Below are positions 28,515 through 37,048 of a stretch of DNA of 43,356 nt, in pieces. The position numbers and the translations under genes are program-made. The first letter of the stretch is position 1. Each line of letters begins with the position of its first letter. Source of the stretch: Bacteroidales bacterium (GTDB lineage Bacteria; Bacteroidota; Bacteroidia; Bacteroidales; UBA932); NCBI GenBank assembly GCA_016303175.1, contig JAEDMF010000001.1, positions 1 to 43,356 of the forward strand, written 5' to 3'. A model generated the notes under the pieces. It was not told the DNA's origin. It did no database searches and saw only the letters and a list, made by a program, of their open reading frames with translations.

Positions 28515-29660
28515 ATGAAAAGGATTTTACTTGCAGCAAGCATTTGCATATTAAGTATATTCAATACGTCCGGAGCCGCTAAGGCCTCCAAGGCAGCTCG
28601 CCCGGCTCCCGTGTGCACTCAGTGGAGCGCGGAAAAGGCCAGAGAATGGTACGATGCCCAGCAATGGCCCGTGGGCTGTTGCTTCGTGCCCTCGTACGCC
28701 GTCAATCAGTTCGAGATGTGGCAGGAGGACACTTTCAACCTGCCGGTCTTGGACAAGGAGTTTGGCCTGTGCCGGGACTTGGGTTTCAATCTGGTGCGAA
28801 TTTATCTTCACGAAATGCTCTGGTGGGACGATGCGGAGGGCTTCAAGTCCAGAATAGACAAGGTATTGGACTTGGCCCAAGCCCATGGCCTCAAGGTGAC
28901 CTTCACTTTTTGCACCAACGGAGGTTCGCAGCAGCAACTCGGCAAGCAGCCTGAGCCCCTTGAGGGCATACATGGAGGCGGCCGCTGGTGCTGTAGTCCT
29001 TCCACCGAGATGATGAATAACAGGGAACTTTGGCCCCGTTTCAAGGAATACCTCCAGGACATTCTCCGTACCTATGCTCACGACGAGCGCATATTGTACT
29101 GGTGCCTCCAGAATGAACCGGAAAACATCAAACCTGACCGCGACCCCATTGAATGGATGAAGGCTCTGTACGAATGGGCCTGGGAAGTGCGTCCGGACCA
29201 GCCTCTGTCTTCTCCCGTATGGCAGAGACCCGGTTATGCCGGAGCAAAGACCCGTCTGGATGCCGTGAGCTGGTGCCTGCAGTATTCCGACATCATTACC
29301 TTCCACTGCTATTACGGCCCCAAGGAGCTCGAGACCTTCATAAAGATGCTCTCCGTTTTCCACCGCCCTATGATATGCCAGGAGTATATGGGCCGCAACC
29401 TGGGCAGCACCTTCGAACTCTGTATGCCCATTTTCAAGCGGGAGAAGGTCGGCTGCCTGAACTGGGGTCTGGTGGAAGGCAAGTGCAAATACCGCTATCC
29501 CTGGGGACACAAGCCCGAACAGGGAGAACCTGACATATGGTTTCACAGCATATACTGGGAGGATTATACCCCGTGGTGCTCAACCGAGGTGGAATACATC
29601 AAAAGGATGACAGCGGACAAGAGCGCCGCCGGCCGCAATCCCAAATATCCCATAAACTGA
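28515..29660 (+). CDS. GH-A clan glycoside hydrolase, GH5-like (resembles subfamily GH5_13)
   Basis: Signal peptide. WSAEKAREWY, AVNQFEMWQ, GFNLVRIYLH, acid/base motif QNEPEN, ITFHCY, nucleophile motif ICQEYMGR, NWGLVEGK and WFH. Confidence 0.8.
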   Translation: MKRILLAASICILSIFNTSGAAKASKAARPAPVCTQWSAEKAREWYDAQQWPVGCCFVPSYAVNQFEMWQEDTFNLPVLDKEFGLCRDLGFNLVRIYLHEMLWWDDAEGFKSRIDKVLDLAQAHGLKVTFTFCTNGGSQQQLGKQPEPLEGIHGGGRWCCSPSTEMMNNRELWPRFKEYLQDILRTYAHDERILYWCLQNEPENIKPDRDPIEWMKALYEWAWEVRPDQPLSSPVWQRPGYAGAKTRLDAVSWCLQYSDIITFHCYYGPKELETFIKMLSVFHRPMICQEYMGRNLGSTFELCMPIFKREKVGCLNWGLVEGKCKYRYPWGHKPEQGEPDIWFHSIYWEDYTPWCSTEVEYIKRMTADKSAAGRNPKYPIN

Positions 29661-29703
29661 TTTTTTGTCCCGTTTTGTCGGGGCAAATCTCTATATTGCA
29701 AGA

Positions 29704-30777
29704 ATGAAACGTTTTATGCTTATTGCGCTGCTCCTCTTTGCAGGAGCAGCCGTTGCCAACGCCCAATGGGACTATGTGGATGCGTCCACCCTTACCCTGG
29801 TGGGAAAGCTCTTCCCCGATACTCCGAATCCCTGGCACAGAGTTAATACTGACTTGTACGGAGGTTTTGACCAGACCGAGTTCAAACAGGTGCATATGAG
29901 TGCGGGCATAGCCGTCGCCTTCCGCACGGATTCACCCTGCCTGTCGGTGCGGACCGCAGGCTCGACGGTGCACAATGCGGGCAGCAGCAACTATATAGCC
30001 GGCAGAGGTTTTGACCTCTATATCAAAAAAGGAGGCAAATGGTTGTGGGCCGGACAGACAGGCTTGGAAGACGACAAAAACAAGGCCTTGATTTATTTCA
30101 ATGATGCCGGTATGTGCGATTGTCTGCTCTATTTGCCTCTCTTTGCCGAATTGGATCGCCTGGAGATTGGTGTCAAATCAGGTTCCACCATAAAGAAGGC
30201 CGAAGCCCCCTTCAAATACCGCATCGCTGTCTTCGGCTCGTCTTTCACCCACGGCTTCGGATGCTCCCGCCCCGGTATGTGCTGGCCCTCCCAGTTCTCG
30301 CGTATGACCGGTTTGCAACTGTTGAATTTGGGTTGCTCCGGCCACAGTCTGCTCCAACCCTATTTCGCTGAGGCTCTTGCCGCTGCTCCCGATGTGGATG
30401 CCTACATCTTCGATGCCTTCTCCAACCCCTCTGCGGAATTGATTCAGGAGAGACTCTTCCCCTTTATCGAGACCATTCAGGCCGTAAAACCCGATGTGCC
30501 CCTCATTTTCGTAAAAACGCTTTACAGGGAGTGGAGGAATTTCAATTCAGACGTTGACGGAAAGGAGACGGACAAAATGGAAATGGCGGAGCTGATGATG
30601 AAGAAAGCCTGCAAGAAGTACAAGAACGTGTACTATGTAAACTCCACCAATGCCGCAGATGCCCTTCATGAAACCACTGTGGATGGTACTCATCCCGGCA
30701 ACTGGGGCTACAGACTTTATGTCGAATCCATAATGGACGATGTTCTGAAGATTCTCGCCCAGTACGGCATTAAGTAA
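29704..30777 (+). CDS. SGNH/GDSL hydrolase with N-terminal GxDLY domain (putative carbohydrate esterase)
   Basis: Signal peptide from ATG 29704. GFDLY, LYLPL, block I FGSSFTHG, NLGCSG and catalytic DGTHP. Confidence 0.88.
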   Translation: MKRFMLIALLLFAGAAVANAQWDYVDASTLTLVGKLFPDTPNPWHRVNTDLYGGFDQTEFKQVHMSAGIAVAFRTDSPCLSVRTAGSTVHNAGSSNYIAGRGFDLYIKKGGKWLWAGQTGLEDDKNKALIYFNDAGMCDCLLYLPLFAELDRLEIGVKSGSTIKKAEAPFKYRIAVFGSSFTHGFGCSRPGMCWPSQFSRMTGLQLLNLGCSGHSLLQPYFAEALAAAPDVDAYIFDAFSNPSAELIQERLFPFIETIQAVKPDVPLIFVKTLYREWRNFNSDVDGKETDKMEMAELMMKKACKKYKNVYYVNSTNAADALHETTVDGTHPGNWGYRLYVESIMDDVLKILAQYGIK

Positions 30778-30828
30778 TCCTACGCATTTTTTTTCAGAAA
30801 AGTTGTACAACGTAAGATAAAAACTTTT

Positions 30829-30836
30829 TATATTTG
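30829..30836 (+). promoter_or_regulatory. Bacteroidetes -7 promoter element for the purF-pyrG-PII-amtB operon
   Basis: TATATTTG matches TAnnTTTG in an AT-rich gap, with TTG upstream at 30803-30805. Confidence 0.65.
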
Positions 30837-31000
30837 TACCCCGTAAACTTTTTGCAAACGCGATTTTTATGGGAAAAGTCCTTTCAATGACTGCATTCAA
30901 CTTTGACTATCTTTACGGATACGTCAGCACCGCAGCTTGGCTCGGCGCCACTGAATTCAGCCCTATGACAGGCCTCATTCCCTCCGGACAAAATATAGGA

Positions 31001-31038
31001 CAGGCAGCTATTCCAGCATGGAAAAGCTGCCTGCTTTG
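31001..31038 (+). terminator. Strong hairpin in the purF leader (candidate attenuator/terminator)
   Basis: CAGGCAGCT-A-TTCCA-GCA-TGGAA-A-AGCTGCCTG forms 14 bp with one A.A mismatch. The following U-tract (CTTTG) is weak. Confidence 0.45.
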
Positions 31039-31094
31039 CGTCTTGCACGCGGCTGCATACAAACTTAAACTGAACTTCACACCTAAACTTGACT

Positions 31095-32498
31095 ATGAAA
31101 ACTTTTTCCGCTGCCTCCGGACATCTTCGGGAGGAGTGCGGCGTATTCGCTGTTTACGCCCTTGACAATGCCGCGTCATATATCTATTATGGCCTTCACA
31201 GCCTGCAGCATCGCGGGCAGGAAGGCTGCGGCATCGTCACTGTAGATGATGGCGGAGCTTTCCACAATCACAGGGGACTAGGCCTGGTCAGTGAAGTCTT
31301 CAACCCCGGTGAGCTGTCCAAGCTGGAAGGCACTATGGGCATAGGACACGTCAGATACTCCACCTTCGGGGGCGGCGGTCTGGACAATGTCCAACCCTTC
31401 TATTTCCGCCATAAAAGAGGCGATTTTGCCCTTGCCCACAACGGCAACATAGTCAACGCGGATGAACTGAGGGACGCTCTTGAGGAACAGGGCTGCCTGT
31501 TCCGCACGACCTCCGACAGCGAGATTCTGGCCCACCTGATTCGCAAGAATCCAGACGAGGACCGCATACACAACATAATAGAAGCCCTGCGCAGAATTGA
31601 GGGAGCCTTTTCCTTCGTGATAATGACACGCAAGCGCATTTATGCCTGCCGCGACAAGAATGGCCTCAGACCTCTTTCCATCGGACGCATAGGCAGCGCC
31701 TATGTGGTCAGCAGCGAGACCTGCGCCTTTCCCATCATAGGCGCGGAGTACCTCAGGGACGTCGAGCCGGGGGAGATAGTCTGCATTGACAACCACGGCC
31801 TGCGCAGCAACTTCTACACCGACAGCATCTGTCCGCGCATCTGTTCGATGGAGTACATATATTTCGCCCGTCCGGACTCTATGATAGAAGGATGCAATGT
31901 GCATAACTTCAGAAAGGCATCGGGCCGCATACTTGCCCGCAAGGCTCCGGTTGAGGCGGATATTGTGGTAGGAGTGCCTGATTCCAGCCAAAGCGCAGCT
32001 ATAGGTTACAGCGAAGAGAGCGGCATACCCCTCGAAATAGGCCTCGTAAAGAGCAGGTACGTCGGCAGGACCTTCATCCAGCCTACCCGGCAGCTCAGGG
32101 AGATGGGAGTCAAAATGAAACTCTCCGCCATAAAGGAGGTGGTCAGCGGCAAGAGGGTTGTGCTGATAGACGATTCCATAGTCAGGGGCACTACCTCACT
32201 TCGCATCGTGCGTATGCTCAGGGAAGCCGGCGCATCGGAGGTTCACGTGCGCATAGCCTCTCCGCCTCTGTGCAATCCCTGCTTCTACGGGGTGGACATT
32301 TCGGATTATGACCAGCTAATCAGCGCCTCCCTTCCTCCGCAGGAAGTCTGCAGGGCGATAGAGGCCGACAGCCTGGTTTTTCTGGAGGAAGAGGATTTGC
32401 TTGCCTCCGCTCCGGGCCACAGGGGGATGTGTTTTGCCTGCTTCAACGGGTCTTATCCCACCCCTACATTCAGTCACAAAGTAAGAAAACAGCAATAG
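31095..32498 (+). CDS. purF: Amidophosphoribosyltransferase (propeptide- and Fe-S-type)
   Basis: EECGVF (catalytic Cys after propeptide), LQHRGQE, GHVRYST, AHNGN, CSMEYIYFARPDS, GRTFIQP, PRPP motif LIDDSIVRGTT, CFYG and MCFAC. Confidence 0.96.
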   Translation: MKTFSAASGHLREECGVFAVYALDNAASYIYYGLHSLQHRGQEGCGIVTVDDGGAFHNHRGLGLVSEVFNPGELSKLEGTMGIGHVRYSTFGGGGLDNVQPFYFRHKRGDFALAHNGNIVNADELRDALEEQGCLFRTTSDSEILAHLIRKNPDEDRIHNIIEALRRIEGAFSFVIMTRKRIYACRDKNGLRPLSIGRIGSAYVVSSETCAFPIIGAEYLRDVEPGEIVCIDNHGLRSNFYTDSICPRICSMEYIYFARPDSMIEGCNVHNFRKASGRILARKAPVEADIVVGVPDSSQSAAIGYSEESGIPLEIGLVKSRYVGRTFIQPTRQLREMGVKMKLSAIKEVVSGKRVVLIDDSIVRGTTSLRIVRMLREAGASEVHVRIASPPLCNPCFYGVDISDYDQLISASLPPQEVCRAIEADSLVFLEEEDLLASAPGHRGMCFACFNGSYPTPTFSHKVRKQQ

Positions 32499-32504
32499 CT
32501 AAAA

Positions 32505-34100
32505 ATGGCAACAAAACATATTATAGTAACGGGCGGAGTAGTGTCATCGCTCGGAAAGGGCATAATTTCGTCATCCATAGGAAAGCTGCTGCAATCCCGC
32601 GGCTACAGTGTCACCATCCAGAAGTTTGACCCCTATATCAACATCGACCCGGGCACCCTCAACCCCTACGAGCATGGGGAGTGCTACGTGACCTCCGACG
32701 GCACTGAGACCGACCTTGACCTGGGCCACTACGAGCGTTTCACCGGCATACGCACCGGCCGTATGAACTCCCTGACAACAGGCAGAATATTCAAGACCGT
32801 CATAGAGAGGGAAAGGAAGGGAGATTACCTTGGCAAGACCATACAGATAGTGCCCCACATCACCGACGAAATCAAGAGAAATATCTCCGTTCTGGCCTCC
32901 ACGACCGGGGTGGACTTCGTGATAACCGAAATCGGAGGCACCATAGGCGACATCGAAAGCGCTCCTTTTATGGAAGCCATACGCCAGTTCAAATGGGAAC
33001 AGGAGGGCAATGTGCTGAATGTGCATCTGACCTACGTGCCCTACCTTTGCGCTGCGGGTGAGTTTAAGACCAAGCCCACCCAGCATTCCGTCAAGGAATT
33101 GCAGGGAGACGGCATTCAGCCCGACATCCTCATACTCAGGACCGAGAAGCATCTGGATCGCCATCTGCTCGACAAAGTTTCCTCCTTCTGCAACGTGGCC
33201 AAGGATTGCGTCTTCCAGAGCGAGAACCTGCCTTCCATTTATGAGGTGCCCCTGAATATGCAAGCCCAGGGCCTTGATACCGCCATTCTGCGTTGCCTGG
33301 GGATGGACGATGCGGCGACTGTTTCGGATATGACCCAATGGAAGGCTTTCGTGGACAAGTATTATGGCGCGAGCCGCAGCTGCGAGGTGGCCCTCGTGGG
33401 CAAATACGACCTGCAGGACGCCTACAAGAGCATACGCGAAGCTTTGGTCCATGCTGCCACCCATCAGGAAATCAAGGTGAACATACGTTTCGTCAACTCC
33501 GAGAATATCGACGCTTCCAATGTGGGAGAGGCGCTCAGGGGCTGTGCGGGAGTTATTATATGTCCCGGTTTCGGCACGAGGGGCACGGAGGGCAAGATAG
33601 AGGCAGCGCGTTATGCAAGGGAACACGACATCCCCACTCTGGGTATATGTTTCGGTATGCAGATGATGGTCATTGAATTTGCCCGCAATGTGCTGGGCTA
33701 TACTGATGCCAACAGCAATGAACTCGACCCTCAGACCTGTCACAATGTGATAGATATGATGCAGGAGCAGAAGACCATAACTGCCCTTGGCGGAACAATG
33801 CGGCTGGGTGAGTTTGCCTGCAGGCTTGCTCCTACTTCACTCGTAAGGCGGATATACGGCATTGATGTCATCTACGAGCGCCATCGCCACAGATACGAGT
33901 TCAACAGCGCCTTCAGGGAGGCATTCGAAGCGGCCGGAATGAAGTGCAGCGGCATCAACCCGGACAGTGGTTTGGTGGAGATAGTAGAAGTGCCCTCCAG
34001 ACGCTGGTACGTCGGCACCCAGTTCCACCCAGAGTACAGCAGCACCGTGCTTGCCCCGCATCCCCTTTTCGTGGACTTCGTCAAAGCCTGCAACTTATAA
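32505..34100 (+). CDS. pyrG: CTP synthase
   Basis: TGGVVSSLGKG, DPYINIDPGT, ETDLDLGHYERF, KTKPTQHSV, GICFGMQ, ERHRHRYE and QFHPE. Confidence 0.98.
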   Translation: MATKHIIVTGGVVSSLGKGIISSSIGKLLQSRGYSVTIQKFDPYINIDPGTLNPYEHGECYVTSDGTETDLDLGHYERFTGIRTGRMNSLTTGRIFKTVIERERKGDYLGKTIQIVPHITDEIKRNISVLASTTGVDFVITEIGGTIGDIESAPFMEAIRQFKWEQEGNVLNVHLTYVPYLCAAGEFKTKPTQHSVKELQGDGIQPDILILRTEKHLDRHLLDKVSSFCNVAKDCVFQSENLPSIYEVPLNMQAQGLDTAILRCLGMDDAATVSDMTQWKAFVDKYYGASRSCEVALVGKYDLQDAYKSIREALVHAATHQEIKVNIRFVNSENIDASNVGEALRGCAGVIICPGFGTRGTEGKIEAARYAREHDIPTLGICFGMQMMVIEFARNVLGYTDANSNELDPQTCHNVIDMMQEQKTITALGGTMRLGEFACRLAPTSLVRRIYGIDVIYERHRHRYEFNSAFREAFEAAGMKCSGINPDSGLVEIVEVPSRRWYVGTQFHPEYSSTVLAPHPLFVDFVKACNL

Positions 34101-34152
34101 CCTATCAACATATTACTAACTTCAACTTATTAACTTCCAAAAACTAAAAACT

Positions 34153-34500
34153 ATGAAAAAAATTGAAGCAATCATCCGCAAGACAAAGTTTGAGGATGTG
34201 AAGGCGGCTCTTTTCGAGGCCGACATCAATTGGTTTTCCTATTCGGAAGTCCACGCCATAGGCCAGGACAGACAGGACAGGATTTACCGCGGTGTAATGT
34301 ACAGCACCGACATCATTTCCAGAATTGAAATAACCATCATCTGCCGTGACCAGTGTGTACAGGGAGCAGTGGATGCCATCTTGAAATCGGCCTATACGGG
34401 CGAGGTGGGAGATGGCAGAATCTTCATTAGCCCCGTGGATGACACATATTCCATCCGCACAGGCGAAAACGGTGACACAGTATTGGCAGACAAAAAATGA
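34153..34500 (+). CDS. glnK: P-II family nitrogen regulatory protein (GlnB/GlnK)
   Basis: MKKIEAIIR, YRG..Y T-loop, TGEVGDGRIF and IRTGE. Lies immediately upstream of amtB. Confidence 0.93.
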   Translation: MKKIEAIIRKTKFEDVKAALFEADINWFSYSEVHAIGQDRQDRIYRGVMYSTDIISRIEITIICRDQCVQGAVDAILKSAYTGEVGDGRIFISPVDDTYSIRTGENGDTVLADKK

Positions 34501-34506
34501 TGAATT

Positions 34507-35733
34507 ATGGAAACGGTTATTTCTACAATCAACAGTATTGATACTGTTTGGGTGCTGCTTGCAGCGATGCTTGTATTCTGGATGCAACCCGGTTTTGCCC
34601 TTGTTGAGGCCGGCTTCACCCGCTCTAAGAACACAGCCAACATTCTTATGAAAAACTATGTGGACTTTATGGTGGGCTCCATACTCTTCTGGTTCATAGG
34701 CTTCGGCATTATGCACGGGAGCGGCAACGGCTTCATCGGTGAACTTCACCTCTTCGATTGCAGTTTCATCGGCGACTCCAACATTCCTGCCGAGGCTGCT
34801 CTAATTTTCCAGACGATGTTCTGCGCCACAGCCGCCACCATCGTGTCCGGCGGTATGGCTGAGAGGACCAAGTTCTCTATGTACATTGTCATCTCCATTG
34901 CCATTTCAGTGCTCATTTATCCCATAGAGGGCCACTGGACTTGGGGCGGAGGCTGGCTCGCAGACCTCGGTTTCCACGATTTCGCAGGTTCGACCGTGGT
35001 GCACGCGGTGGGCGGCTCCATAGCTCTTGCGGGAGCGATGATACTCGGACCCAGACGCGGCAAATACACTGCCTCAGGCAAATCGGTCGCAATCCCCGGT
35101 CACAACCTCACCTTCGGCGTGCTTGGCGTATTCATCCTCTGGCTCGGCTGGTTCGGCTTCAACCCCGGTTCCCAGCTTGCCGCTGACGGTGCGGAGAATG
35201 CCACGGCAATTTCCCACGTATTCTGCACGACCAATATGGCTGCGGCCGTGGGCGGATTCACGGTGCTCGTGCTGACCTGGATATTCTACGGCAAGCCTTC
35301 TCTGTCTCTGGTATGCAACGGTGTGCTCGCCGGCCTTGTAGGCATCACGGCAGGCTGTGATATGGTCAGCATAGGCGGTTCGGCCATCATAGGTCTGGTA
35401 TGCGGCGCGGCTATGCTCGGCTCAGTTGCCTTCATTGACAAGGTATGCAAGGTGGATGACCCCGTGGGCGCAGTGTCAGTGCACGGCGTATGCGGCATTC
35501 TGGGCACTCTGATGACAGGTCTGCTCGCTGTTGACGGTGGTCTTTTCTATGGCGGAGGCTGGCACTTCCTGGGTGTTGAGGCCCTCGGCGTTGTAGTTAC
35601 GGTGGCTTGGGCCTTCGTGCTGGGTTATGTGATACTCAAGCTTCTGGATCTCATCTGGGGCATACGCGTCGAGCCTCGTGTAGAGGAAGAAGGTCTTGAT
35701 ATCTATGAACACGGCGAAACTGCCTACAACTGA
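34507..35733 (+). CDS. amtB: Ammonium transporter
   Basis: MQPGFALVEAG, FQTMFCAT..TIVSG.MAER, HWTWGGGWL, DFAGSTVVH, LWLGWFGFN, VDDPVGAVSVHG and EEEGLD. Both pore His residues are present. Confidence 0.97.
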   Translation: METVISTINSIDTVWVLLAAMLVFWMQPGFALVEAGFTRSKNTANILMKNYVDFMVGSILFWFIGFGIMHGSGNGFIGELHLFDCSFIGDSNIPAEAALIFQTMFCATAATIVSGGMAERTKFSMYIVISIAISVLIYPIEGHWTWGGGWLADLGFHDFAGSTVVHAVGGSIALAGAMILGPRRGKYTASGKSVAIPGHNLTFGVLGVFILWLGWFGFNPGSQLAADGAENATAISHVFCTTNMAAAVGGFTVLVLTWIFYGKPSLSLVCNGVLAGLVGITAGCDMVSIGGSAIIGLVCGAAMLGSVAFIDKVCKVDDPVGAVSVHGVCGILGTLMTGLLAVDGGLFYGGGWHFLGVEALGVVVTVAWAFVLGYVILKLLDLIWGIRVEPRVEEEGLDIYEHGETAYN

Positions 35734-35760
35734 TTGTGGGTCTTTTGTATGCAGTTGAGT

Positions 35761-35918
35761 TATGGTGCTGCCATGAGGCGGACGTGCCCACCCCCGGGCA
35801 CGGGAAGGGGGATGGGGCCCGCAAGATACGAGTTATCGCGCAGCGATGACGAAGGAGATTGTGGGAGGGGCCGGAGTGAGGCGAAGCCGAACGGAGTTCC
35901 GCCGATGGCAGTGCCATG
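35761..35918 (+). repeat. Highly structured intergenic element with terminal inverted repeat (REP/MITE-like element or ncRNA)
   Basis: ATGGTGCTGCCAT (35762-35774) pairs with ATGGCAGTGCCAT (35905-35917), and GGCGGA pairs with TCCGCC. Three internal hairpin arms. Sits between the convergent amtB and lptF/G stops. Confidence 0.6.
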
Positions 35919-35932
35919 CGAACGAAACACAA

Positions 35933-37048
35933 TTATTTCGGAGCGAGGCGGTACAGGATATAGGCGATGACGGCGTAGATGACGTTGGGCAGCCATACTG
36001 CCACCACTACGGGCAAAGTGTCCGTGAATACGAACATCTCGCTGAACTTCTGGAACAGAATGTAGGAAAAGCTCAGGGCTATGCCCAGCGCGATGTTCCA
36101 TCCTATGCCGCCTCTGCGTTTCCTTGAAGACAGGGACACACCTATGATGCTGAGTATGAAAGCCGAGAACGGCATAGCATAACGGGTGTGTTTTTCTATG
36201 AGCGGCTTCTTTATGTTCGCATCCCCGCGCATCTGTTTGGTGCGTATGTGCTCATTGAGCTGCTTATGATCCAATTGCAGCCAGTACTGGCGCTTGATTC
36301 TCAAATCCGAGATGGTAAGGGGTATTATGGTGTCCATCTGCTGTCCGCACCTGACGCGATCCTCCAGACCGGCATCATAATCCCTGATGAAATATCTTTT
36401 CAGGTGCCAGCCGCAGAGAGTGCTGTCCCACACGGCCTGGTCTGCCGAAATCTTGCTGACTATGCGGTTGTTCTCTATCTTTTCGAGAGTGAATTTATAG
36501 GCGGTGTTGTTCCAGCGGCTGAAGGATTCCACATAGACGAACTCCCCCGGAGCAATCTGGTAGTGCAGGTTGTGGAGAGTCTCCTTGCGTTCGTAGTCCC
36601 GCACATACTTTTCCTCAAAGGCCATTCTCGTCACGTTCACGTGCGGTATGACCCAGAGATTGAGCGCTAGCGAGAATATCATTATGATGGCCGAGCCTAT
36701 CATATACGGCCGCAGCAGGCGGTTGAAGGATATGCCACAGCTGAGCACGGCGATGATTTCCGAGTTTGCAGCCAGCCTTGAAGTGAAGAATATCACTGTG
36801 AGGAAGGTGAAAATCGGGGAGAACATATTTATGAAGAAGGGAATGAAGTTCACATAGTAGTCGAACACTATGGCCTTCAGCGGAGCTTCCCTGCTCACGA
36901 AATCCTCGATTTTCTCCGATATGTCGAAGATTATCACTATCACAATGATGAGAAGAAGCGCAATCAAATAGGTGAATATGAACTTCTTCAGAATATACCA
37001 GTCCAGTTTCTTCGGGAGCAGGTCGTATATGCGGTCTTTCAGTTTCAT
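35933..37048 (-). CDS. LptF/LptG family LPS export permease
   Basis: LDWYILKKF, three N-terminal TM helices, SRLAANSEIIAVLSCGISFNRLLRP, a periplasmic beta region, three C-terminal TM helices and WLPN. Directly downstream of tgt. Confidence 0.92.
   Translation of the reverse strand: MKLKDRIYDLLPKKLDWYILKKFIFTYLIALLLIIVIVIIFDISEKIEDFVSREAPLKAIVFDYYVNFIPFFINMFSPIFTFLTVIFFTSRLAANSEIIAVLSCGISFNRLLRPYMIGSAIIMIFSLALNLWVIPHVNVTRMAFEEKYVRDYERKETLHNLHYQIAPGEFVYVESFSRWNNTAYKFTLEKIENNRIVSKISADQAVWDSTLCGWHLKRYFIRDYDAGLEDRVRCGQQMDTIIPLTISDLRIKRQYWLQLDHKQLNEHIRTKQMRGDANIKKPLIEKHTRYAMPFSAFILSIIGVSLSSRKRRGGIGWNIALGIALSFSYILFQKFSEMFVFTDTLPVVVAVWLPNVIYAVIAYILYRLAPK

Noticed and set aside
29664..29687. Hairpin TTTGTCCCG-TTTTGT-CGGGGCAAA between the GH5 and SGNH genes
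   Set aside because: No downstream U-tract on the + strand. It cannot be assigned as a terminator or operator from sequence alone.
30837..31094. Known purine, ZTP, PRPP/ykkC or glutamine riboswitch upstream of purF
   Set aside because: I could not find their consensus motifs by eye. An Rfam scan is needed to exclude them formally.
35734..36127. Short ORFs spanning the amtB-lptF/G gap, or a CRISPR/terminator reading of this region
   Set aside because: The ORFs are motif-less and overlap lptF/G. There is no repeat-spacer periodicity and no U-tract after the stems.
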